Of a stretch of 34,200 nt of DNA, positions 28,489-34,200 are shown one piece after another. Source of the stretch: Nitrososphaeraceae archaeon (GTDB lineage: Archaea; Thermoproteota; Nitrososphaeria; Nitrososphaerales; Nitrososphaeraceae); assembly GCA_035253345.1 (NCBI GenBank), contig DATFCH010000046.1, forward strand, positions 1 to 34,200, given 5' to 3'. Each line of letters starts with the position of its first letter. The first letter of the stretch is position 1. The notes beneath the pieces are model-generated. The model was not told the DNA's origin. It saw only the letters and a list, made by a program, of their open reading frames with translations, and did not search any database. The position numbers and the translations under genes are program-made.

Positions 28489-29589
28489 GTGAATAAAAAA
28501 CATACTTTTACAGGCAATAAAATAGATCCGTTAGAGATATCTTCAAATATGTCTATTCCTGATCTTATAGATTTTTATAGTTCAAGTGGATTTAATGCTA
28601 GAAGGTTAGCTGAAGCAGCCCATATGTTTAAAACTATGATAGATTCTGGAGCAACCATCTGTTTAACTCTTTCTGGTGCAATGACCCCTATCGGTTTAGG
28701 GAAATCTATTTCAACATTGATAGAAAAAGGTTTTATCGATTGGATTATTACTACAGGAGCTAATGCCTATCATGATCTTCATTTCGCATACAATCTACCG
28801 GTTAAACAAGGGCATTTTGATGTTGACGACGATGTACTTTACTCTAAACAAATTGTTAGAATTTATGATATTTATATAAAAGAATTTGAAACATTACAAA
28901 GACAAGATGAAATAATCCAAGCAAATATACAAAAAATCGTTAAAACAAAAGATAATTCGATTAAAGAGATTTCTAGTTCAGATCTTTCTTACTTTTTGGG
29001 AAAAATTGCATATGAGAAATCAAGGTATCCTGGAAAATCCTTCATGGCTTCTGCTTTCAAAAATGATGTTCCTGTCTTTATTCCTGCTATAGCTGACTCC
29101 TCCATAGGAATGAATATGATTCCGCTTCTATTTGAGTCAAAATTACCACATCTTAACTTATTATTAGATATAGCAGAATCAGCCGCAATCCTCTGGAAAA
29201 GTGATATCTCCGCTGGGATAGAGTTAGGTGGTGGTGTTCCTAAAAATTTCTTTCAACAGACTGGTCCTACATTATATCAAATATTGAAAATTAAAGAAGG
29301 AGGCCATGATTATGTTGTCCAACTAACAGATGCTAGACCTGATACGGGAGGTTTGTCGGGGGCTACCATACAGGAGGGAAAAAGTTGGGGAAAAATTAAA
29401 ACCTCACATTCAGGTAATGTTATTGTCTACGGAGATTCATCTGTCTATTTTCCTATATTATGTTCATATGTTCTAGCCAAATGTAAACCAAGAAAACCCA
29501 AGAGACTATACAGCTTAAAAGACGAATTTGTAAAAGGAATGAAATCGAATTATTTTAAAAGTAAAAGCAAGGGCAAGAAACACATCTAG
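28489..29589 (+). CDS. Deoxyhypusine synthase-like paralog (SpeY/homospermidine-biosynthesis type)
   Basis: LSGAMTP, TGANAYHDLH, IVRIYDI, DSSIGM, GGGVPKNF, DARPDTGGLSGAT, SWGKI. Confidence 0.88.
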   Translation: MNKKHTFTGNKIDPLEISSNMSIPDLIDFYSSSGFNARRLAEAAHMFKTMIDSGATICLTLSGAMTPIGLGKSISTLIEKGFIDWIITTGANAYHDLHFAYNLPVKQGHFDVDDDVLYSKQIVRIYDIYIKEFETLQRQDEIIQANIQKIVKTKDNSIKEISSSDLSYFLGKIAYEKSRYPGKSFMASAFKNDVPVFIPAIADSSIGMNMIPLLFESKLPHLNLLLDIAESAAILWKSDISAGIELGGGVPKNFFQQTGPTLYQILKIKEGGHDYVVQLTDARPDTGGLSGATIQEGKSWGKIKTSHSGNVIVYGDSSVYFPILCSYVLAKCKPRKPKRLYSLKDEFVKGMKSNYFKSKSKGKKHI

Positions 29590-29596
29590 TCTAATA

Positions 29597-30196
29597 CTAT
29601 ATTTTGAAGTGAAGAATTTCTTTATTTATTAAAATCTTTTTAACTCTTTCTTTTATTTCATCGATATTAATTCCATAATATATTGATCTTTTTACGTCTG
29701 AAAATTTTAACATAGAACGTTCTAGTATTGATAAACATATCTTGATCTCATCCTTTTGATGATGAACAAAAGCAGCACAAACCAATATTAATCCATTCAA
29801 TAACTGTTTCTCTTCTCCAGCAGATTCTTTCCAAACCATCTCTAATGCTTCATGAGACCACCAATATTTCTCCTCGTTAAAAAGATTTATGGCATTAATT
29901 ATTGCTTCATTTTTAGACAAATGTCTTTCTGTTACTTCAACCACTTCTTTAATTGGTGAAATATTTTTCAACAAATTTAAAACGTGATTAATTTCTTGAT
30001 TTCCGGGCAAACTGATATCTAATTCAATAAAATTAGGGGAAATGCGGCAGTCGCGGGTTATTATTTCCTTCGATTCAGTTAAATCTCGTATTTTTCCTAA
30101 AATAGACTTTGCATCGGATGTGAAAGATTTTTTATTATATAAATATACCATAAATCTCCTACAAACTGATTTAGGGGTTTTATCTGACATTGTCAT
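29597..30196 (-). CDS. DUF309-family protein with N-terminal extension
   Basis: FNEEKYWWSHEALEMVW and GLILVCAAFVHH; start placed at ATG 30196 (30190 also possible; ORF track 30232). Confidence 0.85.
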   Translation of the reverse strand: MTMSDKTPKSVCRRFMVYLYNKKSFTSDAKSILGKIRDLTESKEIITRDCRISPNFIELDISLPGNQEINHVLNLLKNISPIKEVVEVTERHLSKNEAIINAINLFNEEKYWWSHEALEMVWKESAGEEKQLLNGLILVCAAFVHHQKDEIKICLSILERSMLKFSDVKRSIYYGINIDEIKERVKKILINKEILHFKI

Positions 30197-30250
30197 ATAT
30201 AAAACTCCATAATAATTAAAAATATATAGCAAACTAGTATAGAGTTATTT

Positions 30251-30538
30251 CTGGGCCTAAGTTTATCTGATAAAAAAGAACTCGAATCTTTAATTAAAGT
30301 TCATTCTTTAAATATTGATAAATTGATCAATTTTTCTAAAAACCTTCTCCCAACGCAAGGCAATATTGAAGATTTTACATATGGATTAGCTATAGGCATT
30401 ATTATCGGTAATTATACTGAAAAATTCTTTCAAAAACATGATAGAAATCCTGATGATGACGAGTTAATTGATATCTATTATACAATGTCATTAAGATCAC
30501 CGAGAGTTAGAAAATTAATACTCAATAAACTGTTTTGA
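30251..30538 (+). CDS. Hypothetical protein, possible CTG start
   Basis: ORF track 30323-30538; the frame is open from 30230 and contains CTG at 30251. Confidence 0.65.
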   Translation: MGLSLSDKKELESLIKVHSLNIDKLINFSKNLLPTQGNIEDFTYGLAIGIIIGNYTEKFFQKHDRNPDDDELIDIYYTMSLRSPRVRKLILNKLF

Positions 30539-30609
30539 TCTACTAAATTTGTATAGTATCTTTTTTATATAACAATTAGATTTTTAACTATCTTCGGATT
30601 TTTTATGTC

Positions 30610-30834
30610 ATGGTTAATAATCCTGAATTTGGTTTAACTGTAATGAATCGGGTAATAAAAAAAGCAGGCGCTGAAAGAGTTAGTGATGAAGCATCGGATA
30701 CTTTAAGAAAAATCCTTGAAGAAATAGCAACAAATATTTCAAAAACAGCTATAGAATTAGCTAATCATGCTGGAAGAAAAACAATAAAACCTGAGGATAT
30801 ATTACTTGCCTATAAAAACACCTATAAGAGATAA
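30610..30834 (+). CDS. Archaeal histone (HMf family)
   Basis: RVIKKAGAERVS.EA and HAGRKTIKPEDI histone-fold motifs. Confidence 0.96.
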   Translation: MVNNPEFGLTVMNRVIKKAGAERVSDEASDTLRKILEEIATNISKTAIELANHAGRKTIKPEDILLAYKNTYKR

Positions 30835-30965
30835 ACTATTTGTAAATGTTAGCTAATTATTTTAACGGAAGAAAGAGGTCAAATATATTAAAAAGAATTA
30901 ACTAACTTTTATATATTATTGCAAACTCAAATTTATAAGTCTCTTTAAAAGATTTAAAATTATTT

Positions 30966-31047
30966 GGTGGGGTGGCAGAGCGGCTATGCGTTCGCCTGCA
31001 GAATAGCAGAAAGCGAATATATAAGGGTTCGAATCCCTTCCCCACCT
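30966..31047 (+). tRNA. tRNA-Cys(GCA) with 10-nt intron at 37/38 (31002-31011)
   Basis: Acceptor GGTGGGG/CCCCACC, U73 discriminator, anticodon stem TTCGC/GCGAA, CT-GCA-G, T arm AAGGG-TTCGAAT-CCCTT; CCA not encoded. Confidence 0.95.
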
Positions 31048-31076
31048 TTAAAAAAGATATTATTATTACGGCGTAA

Positions 31077-31421
31077 TTATTTGGTATAGGTTTCTTTTAA
31101 TGCCTGTCCATATGTTAAGATAGCTTTTTTTCTTAAATATGGTATCAATCTGTAATGCAAAGAATAAATATTTTCCTCTTTGATTAAGATCCCTTTCACA
31201 ACTAAGGATATTAACCCCCCAGAAAGTTTTGAAGAAGGGATGTTGGTTTGATTTGAAAAAATAACTCTTTTTGACTGATATTCATCTTTGGAAAAGTATG
31301 GCCTATTCTTTTCCATAATTAAAGGCCAAACTATCATTTCCCATATTAAACGTCTATACTCTGTTGAATGAGCATGTTTTCCTTTGAATCGAGAATCATT
31401 GTCATTACTGTTATTCGACAT
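31077..31421 (-). CDS. Hypothetical protein, possible winged-helix fold
   Basis: 114-aa ORF; SLVVKGILIKEENIYSL resembles a recognition helix plus wing. Confidence 0.7.
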   Translation of the reverse strand: MSNNSNDNDSRFKGKHAHSTEYRRLIWEMIVWPLIMEKNRPYFSKDEYQSKRVIFSNQTNIPSSKLSGGLISLVVKGILIKEENIYSLHYRLIPYLRKKAILTYGQALKETYTK

Positions 31422-31586
31422 ATTGCAAATAATTTACTTAATGGATGTCTGACTAGGTTTTATAATCTAATACTTTTGATAGTAACAGGAAAATATAATA
31501 AAACTTTGGTTATAATATTTAGATAATATATTTAAAACAAAAATAAATTTAAAAAGCAGGTAAATAGTATAATTTATCAAAAAAAT

Positions 31587-31736
31587 ATGATTGCATTTTT
31601 TATCTTATTGGCTATCCTTCCGGAAGGAACAGTAGTAAACGAGACCGTTTTTTTTACCTATTTATTAATTCTATTTGGGTTGATAATTGTAGCAATATTT
31701 TTAAGAAAGCGTGATGTTAAAGGTAGAACTAATTAA
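31587..31736 (+). CDS. Small 49-aa membrane protein, not in ORF track
   Basis: ATG..TAA: MIAFFILLAILPEGTVVNETVFFTYLLILFGLIIVAIFLRKRDVKGRTN; TM helix followed by basic residues. Confidence 0.5.
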   Translation: MIAFFILLAILPEGTVVNETVFFTYLLILFGLIIVAIFLRKRDVKGRTN

Positions 31737-31773
31737 TGGAAAAAATTATATAACTTATATTTTTCGCGTTTTA

Positions 31774-32481
31774 CTATTTTTTATAATGATTCAAAGTTTT
31801 ACCAATCCATTCAATATCTTCAAAATTTTTAGCCAATCTGGAGATTTTAATACAATCTCTAATATCTTTCGATTTTAATTTAGTCCATACAACCCTAGAA
31901 ATTTCATTAGCCATCTCTATTGGAATATCATTTTTTACAAGAAGCCCATTAGATACTTCTATAAATTTGTTACGATTATATGGTTTTAAATGAAAAATAA
32001 TAAATCTAGAAAGAAGAGGAGTTAACAATCTTTCTTTATTATTACATGTTGCGAAAATCCAAGTTTTTAGTTGAGTACTACGTGTTTTTTGTGATTTTGT
32101 TTCAGTTATAATACCAGTTTCCATAATACTTAGAAGTGATGTTTGGTCTTTATATGGCATATGTTCTATTTCATCTACAATTAAATATCGAGGTCGATAG
32201 TCAAATAAGTAATCAATCATTCCGGCTTTAGTACTGTGACTACCTAAAGTAAAATAAGATCTTTCTAAATTCAAGAGCTCAAGCATAAATAATGTCTTTG
32301 CTGACGCAGGCGGTCCTACAAGTAAAATATGTACAGGTTTATCTGAATTTAAGGACATTTTGAAAATTTTTTTTATATCCTCGTAACCTATAATATTTTG
32401 AAAGAGACGTAATTTGTCATTCTTTTCTTTATTACTACTATATGACTCATTACTAATTTTTAAAACGTTATTATTTTTCAC
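31774..32481 (-). CDS. Stand-alone MCM-like AAA+ ATPase core
   Basis: IIGYEDIK, HILLVGPPASAKT, STKAG, LIVDE, LLSIMETG, FATCN, LLSRF. Confidence 0.85.
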   Translation of the reverse strand: MKNNNVLKISNESYSSNKEKNDKLRLFQNIIGYEDIKKIFKMSLNSDKPVHILLVGPPASAKTLFMLELLNLERSYFTLGSHSTKAGMIDYLFDYRPRYLIVDEIEHMPYKDQTSLLSIMETGIITETKSQKTRSTQLKTWIFATCNNKERLLTPLLSRFIIFHLKPYNRNKFIEVSNGLLVKNDIPIEMANEISRVVWTKLKSKDIRDCIKISRLAKNFEDIEWIGKTLNHYKK

Positions 32482-32840
32482 TATATCTATTGTATGATTT
32501 ATTGGTTTATAGGTTTTATTGGACCAATATTGGGTATTCTATATTGATTTGTTAATGTTATAGTGAAGGGAAAGAGAAATAAAATTTCTACTCAAATATT
32601 ATATATATTATGACCAATGTTTCAATTAACGAAGATAAAAAATATTAGGTGTTATTTGGATCGAATCAGTAAGCCCAAAGTTAAAAGAAGGAAACGTTAC
32701 TTCAGATGATTTAAGAAATTAGATACAAGTTTATTAATTCCTATTAAAATTTGAATTAAAAGAAAGATTAGAAGCAAAATTTAAAATATCTATAAACCTT
32801 TTTGTTGCACGTATAAACATTTATGTATATTATATTAAAA

Positions 32841-33494
32841 TTATAGTTCTTCCCATTCGCAGGAATAATCAGGACTATTCTCCCAAAGTTTTAAAAAGGA
32901 TTTAAAGTATATATCAAAGATTTCTTGATTTTTTTTCTTATTCATTTGAAAAATTTTTCTATTTGTTGATTTTATTCCAAACAAAAATGGTTCTAATAAA
33001 ATAATTCCATTACTATAACTTTCCTTGTCAATTATAATCATATTATGAGGCAAAATTGTCTTATAGGTTCTTATCTCAAAATATGATAACTCTTTGGTTG
33101 ATAAAGAAACAATTTTCATATTACAGAGCTTGGAAAGGCAAGAAGTGAGGCTCTGGTAAATATCAGGAAATACAGTCAAATATTTTATATGGTTCAATAA
33201 GTCAGATTGTGGATCACAAATCAAAATTTTTAATTTTACATTATTTTTTAGGATACTTTTAAAGACTTCAATATAATTGAAAGAAAAAATTTGATCGAGG
33301 CTTATACAGGCAATACAAATTTCTCTTTTTGAATTGACTATTAGATCAAATATTTTTACATGTTCTTTTGAAAAAATGTCAATTGAATCATCTTTATTAT
33401 CTTTTTTTAAAATATCTTTTATTTTTGATGCCATAAAAGGAGGAATAGAAGAAGAGATGGAGCTGCTTTTTTGTATAAAATTTTCTATTGCCAA
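32841..33494 (-). CDS. DUF5919/PLD-like-fold protein
   Basis: LKILICDPQS, EIRTY...P..MIIID, LEPF, YFKSFLKLWENS pattern. Confidence 0.65.
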   Translation of the reverse strand: MAIENFIQKSSSISSSIPPFMASKIKDILKKDNKDDSIDIFSKEHVKIFDLIVNSKREICIACISLDQIFSFNYIEVFKSILKNNVKLKILICDPQSDLLNHIKYLTVFPDIYQSLTSCLSKLCNMKIVSLSTKELSYFEIRTYKTILPHNMIIIDKESYSNGIILLEPFLFGIKSTNRKIFQMNKKKNQEIFDIYFKSFLKLWENSPDYSCEWEEL

Positions 33495-33672
33495 TAATAA
33501 AAAAATACTTTGATTAAATAAATATTTTTATTTCATCTAAAAGTAATTGATAATTATATTTCCACCGAATTAAACATTTTTGAACTTTATAAAGTTATGT
33601 TATATTTTTTTAAGTAAAAGTCAGAGAAAACTAGCTAACACTTTTTTTAATATACCTCGATATATATGTGAA

Positions 33673-33882
33673 TTGTCTACCGTTCCATCCAAATTAAAAT
33701 TTCGTCTCAATTACAAACCGATCAATTATGATGTTAAAACTGGAATGTTTGAAGTAAATTCAGAAAAATATTCTAGATATGAGGAAGCACGAGCAAACCA
33801 TTGGAGATGTGATAAATGTGGAAATCGATTCTCTACATTTAAAAAATTAAGAAAACACAAAAAGGAAATACATGCCTATTAA
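33673..33882 (+). CDS. C2H2 zinc-finger protein
   Basis: CDKCGNRFSTFKKLRKHKKEIH; start placed at in-frame TTG 33673 (ORF track 33580). Confidence 0.8.
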   Translation: MSTVPSKLKFRLNYKPINYDVKTGMFEVNSEKYSRYEEARANHWRCDKCGNRFSTFKKLRKHKKEIHAY

Positions 33883-34052
33883 GACCTATAGATTATAAAA
33901 AATGCACGTGTTTCCTTGAAAATTATTATATTTAGTTTTAATAATTTAATTTTTTTTTAATTAATATGATTTAATATAATTCATTAATTTTATTAGTAAT
34001 TTTTATAGAAAATACATCAATACTTTTATTGTGGTCTATTTACACAATAAAC

Positions 34053-34190
34053 ATGGAAGGATATTGTGTTAAATGCAAGTCTAAACGAGAAATGAAAAAT
34101 GAAAAAAAGGTTACAATGAAAAATGGAAGACCTGCTACGCAGGGAATTTGCAGTACATGTGGTACAAAAATGTTCAAGATAGGAAAATAA
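34053..34190 (+). CDS. DUF5679-family small zinc-binding protein, 45 aa, not in ORF track
   Basis: MEGYCVKCKSKREMKNEKKVTMKNGRPATQGICSTCGTKMFKIGK; two CxxC motifs. Confidence 0.88.
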   Translation: MEGYCVKCKSKREMKNEKKVTMKNGRPATQGICSTCGTKMFKIGK

Positions 34191-34200
34191 TTTCAATAGA

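Noticed and set aside
32610-32800. Short frames between the ATPase and DUF5919-like genes (e.g. a 30-aa basic peptide)
   Set aside because: Too short, no motif, no supporting signals

Overview
AT-rich archaeal chromosome segment. The gene set (archaeal histone, AglB, Topo VI, aIF2-gamma, S6e, cobalamin genes, bacterial-type UvrABC, small zinc-finger proteins) points to an ammonia-oxidising Nitrososphaeraceae member, possibly Ca. Nitrosocosmicus-like; this assignment is inference. Left to right: cbiD-cbiG-cbiX-cbiC, an SRPBCC protein, a Zn-dependent dehydrogenase and cbiA; uvrB-uvrA-uvrC with an upstream thioredoxin-fold gene; MBL hydrolase, PIN nuclease and a very basic winged-helix protein; a 1.7 kb gene-free stretch; rps6e-aIF2gamma; top6A/top6B; an AglB oligosaccharyltransferase fused to a cyclophilin; two divergent deoxyhypusine-synthase paralogs; DUF309; histone; tRNA-Cys(GCA) with a 10-nt intron; and an accessory-looking block (wHTH-like protein, membrane peptide, stand-alone MCM-type AAA+ core, DUF5919/PLD-like protein, C2H2 and DUF5679 zinc proteins). 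The most notable observations are the AglB-PPIase fusion, the minimal tRNA intron, the divergent DHS pair, the N-domain-less MCM-like ATPase and a UvrC lacking its HhH domain. Three sub-60-aa ORFs absent from the ORF track were read by hand. No database searches were run; family calls rest on motif recognition.
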